Origin: Patescibacteria group bacterium
GTDB lineage: Bacteria; Patescibacteriota; Patescibacteriia; UBA9934; GWF2-40-263
Length of the DNA stretch: 64,000 nt
NCBI GenBank assembly: GCA_004297215.1
Contig: SCUM01000001.1
Location: 143,456 to 207,455, forward strand
Direction: 5' to 3'
Each line of letters starts with the position of its first letter. Positions within the stretch are counted from its first letter, which is position 1. Positions 8,746 to 17,963 of the stretch are shown one piece after another. A model generated the notes under the pieces. The model searched no databases. It saw nothing but the letters and a program-made list of their open reading frames with translations, and was not told the origin of the DNA. Made by a program: the position numbers and the translations under genes.

Positions 8746-9363
8746 TTAGCACCCCATGTCGCCGTCGATGGGGCAGGCCTTGGAGGCGGGGTTGGCCTTG
8801 GGCGTGCCGGGGTCGGGGCCGATGGTGATGTAGTCGGCGGCCTTGGTGAGCTTCCACTCGTGCTCGTGGTTCCAGCCGGTCCAGTCGTGCTTCCATTCGT
8901 TCCAGCCGATGCCCAGGTGCTTCACGAAGATCCCGCGCTCGGCGAGCATCTTGCCCACCTTGCGGCCGGTCATGCAGGGGATGGAGTAGCAGTAGACGAT
9001 GACGTCCTTCTCCTTCGGCAACGCGGCGAAGGCCTCGGTGATGCGATCGACCTCGTCGTAGGCGGAGGTGTCCTTGTCCTTGTACGCGGGGATGCTGACG
9101 GCGCCTGTGACGTGGCCGAGCGCGTATTCTTCGGCGCTGCGCAGGTCCACGAGCACGAACGAGTCGTCGCCCTTGTCCATCATCTTGCGCAGGCCATGCG
9201 GGCTCACGTGCACGGCGGATTCGGTGCGGTAGAAGTCGGCGATCAGCTCCGCGTCGCTCGCGTGGCGCGCGGGGAGCAGGGAAACGATGCCCCAGGCGGA
9301 ACCGGCGCCCGCGGCGGCGCCCAGGAGCACGGAGACGACGATGGTGAGGATGGCCTTGTTCAT
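8746..9363 (-). CDS. Membrane-anchored rhodanese-like protein
   Basis: LVDLRSAEEYALGHVTGAVSIP, VIVYCY, LGIGWNEW. Confidence 0.85.
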   Translation of the reverse strand: MNKAILTIVVSVLLGAAAGAGSAWGIVSLLPARHASDAELIADFYRTESAVHVSPHGLRKMMDKGDDSFVLVDLRSAEEYALGHVTGAVSIPAYKDKDTSAYDEVDRITEAFAALPKEKDVIVYCYSIPCMTGRKVGKMLAERGIFVKHLGIGWNEWKHDWTGWNHEHEWKLTKAADYITIGPDPGTPKANPASKACPIDGDMGC

Positions 9364-9495
9364 ACGGGCTTTCGGCGATTAGGCGGCTCCAGCATACGCC
9401 GTGAGCCCAAAAATCGCCACAGGGAGGAGGTCGGGTCGTGGATGTTGAATAGGTGAAGAGGGTGTATACTTAGAAAAATCATTAACCTTTGGCGT

Positions 9496-9765
9496 ATGAC
9501 CGTCTCTCCAAAGCGTCTCGCGCTTACGTTTGGCCTGTTCGCGGGCCTCGTGCACCTCGTCTGGTCCGTGCTCGTGGCCGTGGGCCTCGCACAGGGGCTC
9601 GTGGACTTCCTCTATGCGGCGCACTTCATGTCGCAGATGCCCTCGAAGGTCGACCCGTTCTCGCTTGGGAACGCCGCGCTGCTCGTGATCTTCAGCTCCG
9701 CGGTCGGCTACGCGGCCGGATGGGTGGTCGCGACCATCTGGAACAAGACCGCAAACGCGAAGTGA
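9496..9765 (+). CDS. Small two-TM membrane protein
   Basis: Hydrophobic 89-aa ORF with TATG start and upstream TATACT. Confidence 0.7.
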   Translation: MTVSPKRLALTFGLFAGLVHLVWSVLVAVGLAQGLVDFLYAAHFMSQMPSKVDPFSLGNAALLVIFSSAVGYAAGWVVATIWNKTANAK

Positions 9766-9851
9766 CGCGGATCGTCGGGCGCGCGCCGTGAGGGCGCGGA
9801 TTTTACGTTTCGACTTCCGCACGGTATCGTTAGGCCTGAATCGATGATGGT

Positions 9852-11081
9852 ATGTACGGATACATCGCCCTAAAGCTCCTGTCGGCCGTGGTCGGCGCGA
9901 TCGCCCTGGTCCTCATCCTGAGGGGGCTGTTGCTCATCCGCAAGCGCTCCGAACCGGGGACGCGCCTGGCCATCGACGCCGGGGTCGCGGGTCTCGCGCT
10001 TGCCGCCGTCGCCTACGTGGTCGCGAGCGTCCCGCTCCCGCTGAATTTCGCCATGCCGCCCACCATGCACGCGATGACCATGGACCGGAAGCCGGCCTCG
10101 CTGCCGATCCCCGCCATCCTCGACTTCTTGTCCCACCGGGACCGATTCGCGAAGGTGGCCGACGTCGGGAGGGATCCCAACGACGTTCCGGCCCCGGTCG
10201 GGGCACGGGCGCCGCAGACGGTGAAGATCGACGTGCGCGCCAAGGAGGTGATCTCCGAGGTCGCGCCCGGGATCTTCTTCAACTACTGGACGTACGGCGG
10301 CCAGGTGCCCGGGCCCATGTACCGCGTGCGCGTGGGCGACACGGTCGAGACGACCCTTGCCAACGACCCGACGAGCCTGCACCCGCACAACATCGACCTC
10401 CATGCCGTGACCGGTCCCGGCGGCGGCGCGTCGGTCACCAACGTGCAGCCCGGGGAGACCAAGGCGTTCCGGTGGCTCGCCAAGCATCCGGGGCTGTACG
10501 AGTACCACTGCGCCATGCCCAACGTGAGCACGCACAATTCCCACGGCCAGTACGGGCTCATCCTCGTGGAACCCGAGGGCGGATTCGCACCGGTCGACAA
10601 GGAGTTTTACCTGATGCAGGGGGAGCTCTACACCATGGGCGGGATCGGGAAGAAGGGGCTCATGGCGTTTGACACGCAGGGGCTCATCGACGGGACGCCC
10701 AGCTACGTCACCTTCAACGGCAAGGTGGAGCAAACCCCGCGCATGAAAGCGCGCGTAGGCGACCGCATCCGCCTGTTCGTGGGCAACGGCGGGGTAAACC
10801 TGGTCTCGTCGTTCCACGTGATCGGGGAGGTGTTCGACACGGTGTATCCCGAAGCGGCGATCGGCGAGGGTTCCGCCGTCTTCAAGAACGTGCAGACCAC
10901 GGCCGTGCTACCCGGAGGCGCCGCGATCGTGGAGTTCACGGTCGACGTCCCTGGGAAATACCTGATGGTCGACCACGCGCTCGCGCGCATGAACAAGGGC
11001 GCCTGGGCCGTGCTCGAGGTGGAGGGCGAGGCGAACCCCGCCGTATTCACCGCCCTGGAACCGGAGACTGCGGCCCAGTAA
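9852..11081 (+). CDS. nirK: Copper-containing nitrite reductase with N-terminal membrane anchor
   Basis: HNIDLHAVTGPGGG, YHCA, SSFHVIGEVFD and VDHAL motifs (AniA-like clade). Confidence 0.9.
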   Translation: MYGYIALKLLSAVVGAIALVLILRGLLLIRKRSEPGTRLAIDAGVAGLALAAVAYVVASVPLPLNFAMPPTMHAMTMDRKPASLPIPAILDFLSHRDRFAKVADVGRDPNDVPAPVGARAPQTVKIDVRAKEVISEVAPGIFFNYWTYGGQVPGPMYRVRVGDTVETTLANDPTSLHPHNIDLHAVTGPGGGASVTNVQPGETKAFRWLAKHPGLYEYHCAMPNVSTHNSHGQYGLILVEPEGGFAPVDKEFYLMQGELYTMGGIGKKGLMAFDTQGLIDGTPSYVTFNGKVEQTPRMKARVGDRIRLFVGNGGVNLVSSFHVIGEVFDTVYPEAAIGEGSAVFKNVQTTAVLPGGAAIVEFTVDVPGKYLMVDHALARMNKGAWAVLEVEGEANPAVFTALEPETAAQ

Positions 11082-11103
11082 GGCATTCGTTAGGAACGGA
11101 AAC

Positions 11104-11132
11104 AAAAAAGCCCCGCCGATGGCGGGGCTTTT
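11104..11132. terminator. Bidirectional intrinsic terminator
   Basis: AAAAAAGCCCCGCC-GAT-GGCGGGGCTTTT between convergent genes. Confidence 0.85.
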
Positions 11133-11139
11133 CTCCGCT

Positions 11140-11241
11140 TTACGCGGCGGCTTCCGTGGAAGGGGCCGGGGCGGCCGGAGACTCCTCGGTCGGCTTCTGG
11201 GTCTCGTCGGCGGCCGCGGCGGGCATGTTGGTGTCGTCCAT
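11140..11241 (-). CDS. 33-aa acidic Ala/Pro-rich microprotein
   Basis: Below ORF track cutoff; MDDTNMPAAAADETQKPTEESPAAPAPSTEAAA; CCTATG start, GC3-rich codons, ends at a terminator. Confidence 0.6.
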   Translation of the reverse strand: MDDTNMPAAAADETQKPTEESPAAPAPSTEAAA

Positions 11242-11366
11242 AGGAGTCGTTGTTCGCGGATTAGGTGCTAAATATAGCTTAAAAATCGTACCTTGTCAAT
11301 AGAGATACGATTTGGATGGAGGCTCGTTGCCAAAACAAAAGAAATCCGCTATGCTTCGCCAATTCT

Positions 11367-11741
11367 ATGTATAAACCCCATCACGGCAAGCACGGCGGCG
11401 GATTCGGCGGCGGCAAGAAGTTCGGCGGATCTCCGTCGTGGAAGCGCGGCGGCGCCGACGAACGGGGGTTCGTGCGACCGGACCTGCACGACGCCACCTG
11501 CGGCAAATGCGGCGCGCCCTGCAAGGTGCCGTTCCGACCGAACGGATCCCGGCCCATCTACTGCCGCGACTGCTTCAAGAAGGATGACGCGTCGGAGCCG
11601 AAGCGTTTTGAGAAGCGTCCGTTCGGCGACAAGCCGTACCGCTCCACCCCGCATGCGTCAGGCGGGAACATCGAGGCGCGGCTTAAGGCGATCGAGGACA
11701 AGCTGGATGCTATAATCGAGGCGCTCGAGGACGACATGTAA
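11367..11741 (+). CDS. CxxC-x17-CxxC zinc-ribbon protein with Gly-rich N-terminus
   Basis: ATCGKCG..CKVPFRP...RPIYCRDCF. Confidence 0.9.
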   Translation: MYKPHHGKHGGGFGGGKKFGGSPSWKRGGADERGFVRPDLHDATCGKCGAPCKVPFRPNGSRPIYCRDCFKKDDASEPKRFEKRPFGDKPYRSTPHASGGNIEARLKAIEDKLDAIIEALEDDM

Positions 11742-11752
11742 GACGCGGAAAC

Positions 11753-13204
11753 ATGGACCACGGAAACGTCATCATCCGGTTCGAAGGGGTGACCTTCGGA
11801 TACGACAAGGAAAAGCCCATCCTCAAGGAGGTGGATTTTTCGGTGCGCGACGCGGCCAAGATCACGGTGATGGGGCAAAACGGGGCGGGGAAGTCCACGA
11901 TCTTCAAGCTGCTCACCGGCGAACTCAAGCCCGACAAGGGACAGATTCACATCACGAACGGGTCAACGATCGCCATCGCCACGCAGGTGATGCCAAAGGA
12001 ATGCCTGGAGATGACCCTGCGCGAGTTCTTTGCCCGCGCCTACGCCGAAAAGAGATATGACCTCGACGGCCGCATCAAGGAGGCGCTCGACGCCGTGAAC
12101 CTCGATGCCGAGTACGACCGGATCGTGAAAAGTTTCTCCGGCGGCCAGCAGGCGCGGCTTCTTCTCGCCTACGCCATCATCCAGGACCCCGACATCCTGC
12201 TGCTCGACGAACCGACGAACAATCTCGACGCGGCCGGGATCGAACACCTCACCGGATTCCTGATGTGCTACCTGAAGACGGTGCTGGTCATTTCCCACGA
12301 CGCGGAGTTCCTCAATTCGTTCACGGAAGGGGTGCTCAACCTCGACGTGCACACGGGGAAGGTGGAGCGCTACGAGGGGAACTACTTCAACGTGGTGGAA
12401 GAGATCGCCGCGCGGGTGGAGCGCGACCGCATGCAGAACGCGCGCATGCTGAAGGAGATCCAGGATCGCAAGGACAAGATCAACTTTTTCAGCCACAAGG
12501 GGGGCAAGATGCGCGCCTTGGCGGCCAAGCTCAAGGAACAGGTGATCGAGGCCGAGGAGAACATGGTGGACGTGCGCCGCGAGGACCGCACGATCCGCGA
12601 TTTCGCCATTCCAACGCAGGACTTCACCGAACCCATGGTGACGATCACTTCCATCCGCGTCATCGAGCGCCACGAGCCGCGCCGAGCGCAGGTGAACGTC
12701 CTGTTGCGCAAGCGCCAACGCCTGCTCGTGAGTGGCCCGAACGGCATCGGCAAGAGCACGTTGCTGCGCAGCCTGGCCGAGGGGACCGACGAAGGAAGCT
12801 CCATCACCGCCGGCGTGAAGGTGGGCTATTACCGCCAGGATTTTTCCGGACTGGACTTCGATTCGACGGTGTACAAGTCGCTTGAGGAGATGATGGACGT
12901 GCCTGACAACGAACGGTTGCGCGAAGTGGCCGCGCAATTCCTGCTCACCGGCGAGCTGCTCCTCAACAAGGTCGGGTCGCTCTCGGAAGGGCAGAAGGGG
13001 CTTTTGAGCTTCGCGCGGTTCGTGCTGCAGCAGCCGGGACTGCTCATCCTCGACGAGCCCACCAATCACATCAACTTCCGCCACCTGCCCGTGATCGCCA
13101 AGGCGCTCGACGCCTTCGACGGCGCCATGATCATGGTGAGCCACGCCCCGGATTTCGTGAGCAAGATCAGCTTCACCGAGACGCTCGACCTGGGAGCCCT
13201 CTAG
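11753..13204 (+). CDS. ABC-F family ATPase
   Basis: Two NBDs (GQNGAGKS/FSGGQ/DEPTN and GPNGIGKS/LSEGQ/DEPTNH); no TM segments. Confidence 0.92.
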   Translation: MDHGNVIIRFEGVTFGYDKEKPILKEVDFSVRDAAKITVMGQNGAGKSTIFKLLTGELKPDKGQIHITNGSTIAIATQVMPKECLEMTLREFFARAYAEKRYDLDGRIKEALDAVNLDAEYDRIVKSFSGGQQARLLLAYAIIQDPDILLLDEPTNNLDAAGIEHLTGFLMCYLKTVLVISHDAEFLNSFTEGVLNLDVHTGKVERYEGNYFNVVEEIAARVERDRMQNARMLKEIQDRKDKINFFSHKGGKMRALAAKLKEQVIEAEENMVDVRREDRTIRDFAIPTQDFTEPMVTITSIRVIERHEPRRAQVNVLLRKRQRLLVSGPNGIGKSTLLRSLAEGTDEGSSITAGVKVGYYRQDFSGLDFDSTVYKSLEEMMDVPDNERLREVAAQFLLTGELLLNKVGSLSEGQKGLLSFARFVLQQPGLLILDEPTNHINFRHLPVIAKALDAFDGAMIMVSHAPDFVSKISFTETLDLGAL

Positions 13205-13698
13205 CGGACGCTGACGACCCGGACGATTCCCGACGGCCCTTCGACCTCGTCGCCCGCGACGTGTCCCATGAGCGCGGCCCCTAGCGGCGAGAGGTAGGAA
13301 ATGCGACCCCGAGAGGGGTTGCTTTCTTGTGAGCCGAGGATCTCGTACGTGGAAGCCTTGCCGTTCATCTCGACGTCCACCGTCGTCCCGATGCGCACGC
13401 GGCCGTCGTCCGTGCCGCTTTCGATGGGGATAGCGTGCTTCAGGCGTTCTTGCAGCGAGAGGATGCGCCCGTTCACTCGCCGCAGGTGCGCCTTGGCCGC
13501 CTGGTATCCGGCGTTCTCCGAGAAGTCGCCCATCTCGCCGGCGCGGCGCACTTCCGCGGCGGCCTTCCCGCGCTCGTCCTTGATGAGGCGTTCCAGCTCG
13601 TCCTTGAGACGCGATATGGCCTGCGGGGTGAGGAACCGGTCGGGTTCGCCCTGAAGGGCTTCGCGCTGGGTTTCGGATTTTCGCTTCGGGACGCGCAT
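13201..13698 (-). CDS. GreA/GreB family elongation factor (paralogue)
   Basis: GDFSENAGY and ISYLSPLGAALMG. Confidence 0.9.
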   Translation of the reverse strand: MRVPKRKSETQREALQGEPDRFLTPQAISRLKDELERLIKDERGKAAAEVRRAGEMGDFSENAGYQAAKAHLRRVNGRILSLQERLKHAIPIESGTDDGRVRIGTTVDVEMNGKASTYEILGSQESNPSRGRISYLSPLGAALMGHVAGDEVEGPSGIVRVVSVR

Positions 13699-13722
13699 AG
13701 GCATTTGCTATACTAACGCCAT

Positions 13723-14178
13723 ATGACATTTGCCACCATCGACAAGCGCGTGATCGGTATTGCCCTTCGGTTCCGGGATTCCGCCGGGTTCCTGGCGCTC
13801 GGCATCGTGTACGCCTGGTTTGGGATCCTCAAGGTGCTAGGAATCTCGCCCACGAGCCCGCTCGTTCTGGCGCTCCTCGACAAGACCATGCCTGGAATCT
13901 CGCCCGACACCTTCATGCTCGCGTTCGGCGCGTTCGAAACGGTCATCGGCCTCCTGTTCCTCTTTCCGGTGGCCGTACGCCTCGTGGTGGCTCTCATGGC
14001 CGCCCACATGGCGATGACCGTGCTCCCGCTCGCGCTTTTGCCAGGCATGACCTGGACCGGACCGTTCGTTCCCACCCTCGAAGGGCAGTATATCCTCAAG
14101 AACCTGGTGCTTCTCGCGTTGGCCCTCACCATGGTGGCCGCCACGCCCCCCTTGGCAGAGGGAAAATCGCGGACTTGA
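13723..14178 (+). CDS. DoxX/DUF417-like membrane protein
   Basis: YAWFGILK...SP, G.FE..IG, GQYILKNLVLL. Confidence 0.75.
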   Translation: MTFATIDKRVIGIALRFRDSAGFLALGIVYAWFGILKVLGISPTSPLVLALLDKTMPGISPDTFMLAFGAFETVIGLLFLFPVAVRLVVALMAAHMAMTVLPLALLPGMTWTGPFVPTLEGQYILKNLVLLALALTMVAATPPLAEGKSRT

Positions 14179-14296
14179 CGGCCCCTAAGGGATGCCGTAG
14201 CATCCAGCTTGCAACGTAACGCTCGGCGGGGAGATCAGTCGAATTTCCGCAAAGAGGCCTGACGTGCGGATAATTCAACCGAACGCAATATCCACT

Positions 14297-14494
14297 ATGT
14301 TGGGTACCATCAAGCGCGTGACGGACAAGGGATTCGGGTTCATCACCCCGGACGGCGAGGAGAAGGACGTCTTCTTCCACATGTCTTCCCTGGTCGACGT
14401 GCAATTCGATGAGCTGCGCGTCGGCGACAAGGTCTCCTTCGAGACCGAGGACTCCGACAAGGGTCCTCGCGCCGTCAACGTGACTCGCGCCTAA
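14297..14494 (+). CDS. cspA: Cold-shock domain protein
   Basis: KGFGFI and DVFFH RNP motifs, KGPRAVNV; promoter TTGACG-17-TAGCAT at 14175-14203. Confidence 0.93.
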   Translation: MLGTIKRVTDKGFGFITPDGEEKDVFFHMSSLVDVQFDELRVGDKVSFETEDSDKGPRAVNVTRA

Positions 14495-14502
14495 CGGCGC
14501 AC

Positions 14503-14530
14503 GAAAACCGCCCCGCACGGGGCGGTTTTC
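14503..14530. terminator. Bidirectional intrinsic terminator
   Basis: GAAAACCGCCCC-GCAC-GGGGCGGTTTTC. Confidence 0.85.
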
Positions 14531-14538
14531 TGTTCTCT

Positions 14539-14997
14539 CTAATCCTGCGGGGCCCAGATCACGAGGATCGACGTGAGACCCTCGTCGCCCGGGGACGCGG
14601 TCACCGAGAGGGCAGCGTCGCCCTTCTCGTAGGCGCGCATGTCGGATCCGTTCACGGCGAAATTCCCGGACTTCTCCCAGCCGTCGCCGACGAGCTCCTG
14701 CTCGTACCAGCCGGATGCGGCCGCTACGGCGTCGGGCGTGGTAAGCATGAGCGAGGCGCCCTGCCGGCCTTCCTGGGCGGAGGTCATGGCGGTCACGACC
14801 GTGGCGCCCGGATACATGGGGATGTCGGCGGGGAAATCGGCCGGGATGCTCACGCCGTTGCCAACCTGCACTCGGGTCCCGGCGCCGTCGTCGTAGGTGG
14901 TGGTCCCGGTGAGCGGGTTGGTGGCCGTGCTCGCTCCACAGCCGGCGCCAACGAGGATGAGGGCGGCGAGCGGGAGCGTCGCGACGAGGCGTTTCAT
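14539..14997 (-). CDS. Hypothetical lipoprotein
   Basis: LVGAGC lipobox-like motif; IPADFPADIPMYPGA. Confidence 0.75.
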   Translation of the reverse strand: MKRLVATLPLAALILVGAGCGASTATNPLTGTTTYDDGAGTRVQVGNGVSIPADFPADIPMYPGATVVTAMTSAQEGRQGASLMLTTPDAVAAASGWYEQELVGDGWEKSGNFAVNGSDMRAYEKGDAALSVTASPGDEGLTSILVIWAPQD

Positions 14998-15081
14998 ACG
15001 TGGGAAGCGTTATGGATCGGATGCGGACATGGTAACGTATTCCTTGACGCGCGCAAGCAACCGTGGTAGCGATAAGGGACT

Positions 15082-15555
15082 ATGAACATGCAAAAGGACC
15101 GTCTGTTCTACGCGATCATCGGCCTGTTGACCGCCCTTGGCGCCTTCTACGGCTTCTCCGCGTCCCCGGAGGCGGAAACGGCGAAGGATGCCTCCCCGGA
15201 AGCGGTGCCGGCCGTCATCACGGCGCCGGCCGAGCCTGTCGCCGAGCCCGAGAAGGCCGTGGCGAAGCCCCCGGCCGCGCCCGCGACGCTCACCTATGAG
15301 CGCGCGCTTGAGCTGTATGGGAAGTACCGCATCCAGTTCGTGAGCTGCCACGGCAATCCCGGACAGATGACGCTCGGCAAGGGCGCCAAGCTCATGCTCG
15401 ACAACCGCGACAAGAAGGCGCACACGGTGAAGGTGGGATCCGTCTCGTATCGGCTCGCCTCCATGGGGTTCGCCATCGCCACGGTCCGCGAGGTCGGGAC
15501 GCTCAACGTCACCTGCGACGGCGGCGGGGCCGCGACGGTCGAGGTCCAGCCGTGA
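15082..15555 (+). CDS. Hypothetical exported protein (possible cupredoxin-like C-terminus)
   Basis: N-terminal TM, Ala/Pro linker, beta-rich C-terminal domain. Confidence 0.65.
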   Translation: MNMQKDRLFYAIIGLLTALGAFYGFSASPEAETAKDASPEAVPAVITAPAEPVAEPEKAVAKPPAAPATLTYERALELYGKYRIQFVSCHGNPGQMTLGKGAKLMLDNRDKKAHTVKVGSVSYRLASMGFAIATVREVGTLNVTCDGGGAATVEVQP

Positions 15556-15648
15556 GTGAAGGACCAAGGTCAGAAGGTTTTGAAAGGACCAAAGGAAACG
15601 TGAAAGGTCGAAGGATGAAGGATGAAGGTTTCAGCCTTGGTTCTTTTG
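15556..15648. repeat. Degenerate 7-8 nt AAGG-core tandem array
   Basis: GAAGGACCAAGGTCAGAAGG...GAAGGATGAAGGATGAAGG with a short complementary arm CCTTGGTTCTTT. Confidence 0.7.
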
Positions 15649-15672
15649 AGCGTTCCGTTTACACTTCCCCTC

Positions 15673-16044
15673 ATGTCCGTCTCCCCATACGCCCCCCAGG
15701 GTCTCGAGCGGTTCAAGCACCGCGCCAGGCACCTCGTCACGTCGCGGCTTTCGCATTTCAACCGGTTCTACGGGTTTGCCTGGAAGCGCGTGTCCATCCG
15801 CGACCAGAAGAGCCGCTGGGGGAGTTGCTCCAGCAGCGGGACGCTTTCGTTCAATTGGCGGCTCGCCGTGCTGCCCGAGCCGCTCGCCGATTACGTGATC
15901 GTGCACGAGCTGTGCCACCTCAAGCACCTCGACCACTCCTGCGCCTTCTGGGACCTCGTCGCCCGCGCCATTCCGGACCATCATCATCACCGCCGTGCCC
16001 TCCGGCTCATCGAACGGCAATTCCAGTATGAGCAGGCTCCCTAA
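15673..16044 (+). CDS. M48/YgjP-like metallopeptidase (DUF45)
   Basis: QKSRWGSCS, DYVIVHELCHL, HS..FW. Confidence 0.9.
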   Translation: MSVSPYAPQGLERFKHRARHLVTSRLSHFNRFYGFAWKRVSIRDQKSRWGSCSSSGTLSFNWRLAVLPEPLADYVIVHELCHLKHLDHSCAFWDLVARAIPDHHHHRRALRLIERQFQYEQAP

Positions 16045-16930
16045 GCCGTTCATCGACCGTCTCGAAGCGCAGTTCGGCAAGCCTGCCACCGACGGGATCC
16101 TCGCCGCGTTCAAGGACCCGCGTCGCCCCACCTTCCGCGCGAACGCGCTGAAGATCGCCGACGACGAGCTGATGCGCCTCCTGCGCGAGGACGGCATCCA
16201 GTTCGAGCGCGTCAAGGACGTGCCGCACGCGTTCGCCGCCAAGAACCGGACCAGCCCCGAGCTGCTCGAGAGCTACCTGGCCGAGCAGGGGAAGATCTAC
16301 CTCCAGGGCATTGCCTCGATGATGCCGGCGCTCGTGCTCGATCCCAAGCCGGGGGAAACGGTGCTCGACCTGTGCGCCGCGCCCGGGAGCAAGGCCACGC
16401 AGATGGCCGCGATGATGGAGGGAAGGGGACGGCTGGTGGCCGTCGAAGAGGATCCAGTGCGGTTCCAAAAGCTGCAGAACACCGTCTGGATACAGGGCGC
16501 GAAGTCCGTGGAAGCGCGCCATGCGGATTCCACCCTGCTCTATCACGAGGAGCCACAGACGTACGACAAGGCGCTCGCCGACGTCCCGTGCTCGGCCGAG
16601 GGGCGCATCACCCTGCGCGACGCGCGAAGCTACTCATTCTGGTCGCAGAAGAACATCACGATCCATGCCAAGCTCCAGCGCCGCCTGCTGCGCTCCGCCG
16701 CGCGTTGCCTTAAACCGGGCGGCACCCTCGTCTATTCCACCTGTACGCTCGCGCCGGAGGAGAACGAGGAACAGGTCGCGTGGTTCCGAACGGAGTTCCC
16801 CGAGTTCGCGCCCGTGGATTTCGACCTTCCCTTGTCTGCGGTGCGCCGCCCCGGCAAGGGGATGGCCGTCGTGTTGCCCACGAAGGAGCACGAGGGATTT
16901 TTCGTCGCCAAGCTCCGCAAGGCCGCGTAG
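16028..16930 (+). CDS. rsmF: RsmB/RsmF (NOL1/NOP2) RNA m5C methyltransferase
   Basis: LDLCAAPGSK, DVPCS, VYSTCT. Confidence 0.88.
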   Translation: MSRLPKPFIDRLEAQFGKPATDGILAAFKDPRRPTFRANALKIADDELMRLLREDGIQFERVKDVPHAFAAKNRTSPELLESYLAEQGKIYLQGIASMMPALVLDPKPGETVLDLCAAPGSKATQMAAMMEGRGRLVAVEEDPVRFQKLQNTVWIQGAKSVEARHADSTLLYHEEPQTYDKALADVPCSAEGRITLRDARSYSFWSQKNITIHAKLQRRLLRSAARCLKPGGTLVYSTCTLAPEENEEQVAWFRTEFPEFAPVDFDLPLSAVRRPGKGMAVVLPTKEHEGFFVAKLRKAA

Positions 16931-16942
16931 ACTGCCTCTCGT

Positions 16943-17929
16943 ATGAACCGCTACGTCGAGCTGAAGGCGAAGGACAATACGGAACTCGGGCACCAGCTCG
17001 GCGAGATCTTTCACGACCGCCTCAAGGCCAAGCTCGAACGAGTGCGCGGGGCGGAGTGGAATCGAAAGCGCAAGATCGCCTTGCCGCATTGGGCGGTCAC
17101 GAAGCGTCATTTTCCCGCCTATGCCGACGAGCTCGTCGCGTACGCGCGCGCGGCCGGCCTCGGGTGGCAGGACCTGTGGACGTTCAACCTGGAAATCGGC
17201 ATGGACGCGGAACGCTGCACCAGCATGGTCACGAATCGCGGGAAGCTCATCGGGCATGTCGAGGATTTCGACCCGTCGAGCGTCGACGACCTGTTCCTGA
17301 TCCGAAAGACCGTCGGGCGGACGACCGTGCTCGACCTGAATTATTTCCATACGCTTGGCGGGAACGCCGCGAGCGTCAACTCCCATGGCTGGGCGCAGCT
17401 CGTCAACACCCTCCACGGCCCGACGCGGCGCGCCGGCATTCCCCGGAACGTGATCGCGCGTTGGCTTTCGGAAAGCCAAGATCCCGAACGCGACGCGCGT
17501 CGGCTTGGCCGCCTGCCGCGCATGGACGGATACGCGCACACGTTCGTCCACGCGGACGGACGCGCCTTCAGCCTCGAGGTCGCCGCCGAGGCCTTTTCGT
17601 TCTCGAAGGCATCCTCGCCGTTCGTCCACGCCAACCATTACCTGTCTTCGCTCGCCGCCCAGGAAACGTTCCGTTCGGCGAGTTCGACCGATCGGTTCGA
17701 GGTGGCGACGTGCAAGCTCAAGCCGCGCATGACCGTGGACGCGATAAAGAAGCTGATGGGCGATCAAAGCCGCGGGAAAGGAAAAAGCATCCTCAACGAT
17801 GACACCATCGGAAAGATGGTCGTCGATTTCAAGCGTCACGAGGCGCAGGCATGGTTCAAGGCCGCGCCGCGCAAGGGATACCTGGCCGTGCCGCTGAATT
17901 TTCTCGATAAAAAGACCGCCTTGTCGTAA
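16943..17929 (+). CDS. C45 family autoproteolytic acyltransferase/hydrolase
   Basis: ERCTS nucleophile site, GHVED, VNSHG, HANHY. Confidence 0.75.
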   Translation: MNRYVELKAKDNTELGHQLGEIFHDRLKAKLERVRGAEWNRKRKIALPHWAVTKRHFPAYADELVAYARAAGLGWQDLWTFNLEIGMDAERCTSMVTNRGKLIGHVEDFDPSSVDDLFLIRKTVGRTTVLDLNYFHTLGGNAASVNSHGWAQLVNTLHGPTRRAGIPRNVIARWLSESQDPERDARRLGRLPRMDGYAHTFVHADGRAFSLEVAAEAFSFSKASSPFVHANHYLSSLAAQETFRSASSTDRFEVATCKLKPRMTVDAIKKLMGDQSRGKGKSILNDDTIGKMVVDFKRHEAQAWFKAAPRKGYLAVPLNFLDKKTALS

Positions 17930-17963
17930 GGCGGTCGGCTTGTCCCGAGACGGCGGCGCGCCA

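Noticed and set aside
14204-14296. cspA RNA thermometer leader
   Set aside because: A long leader is plausible, but I could not identify a convincing structure or cold-box by eye.
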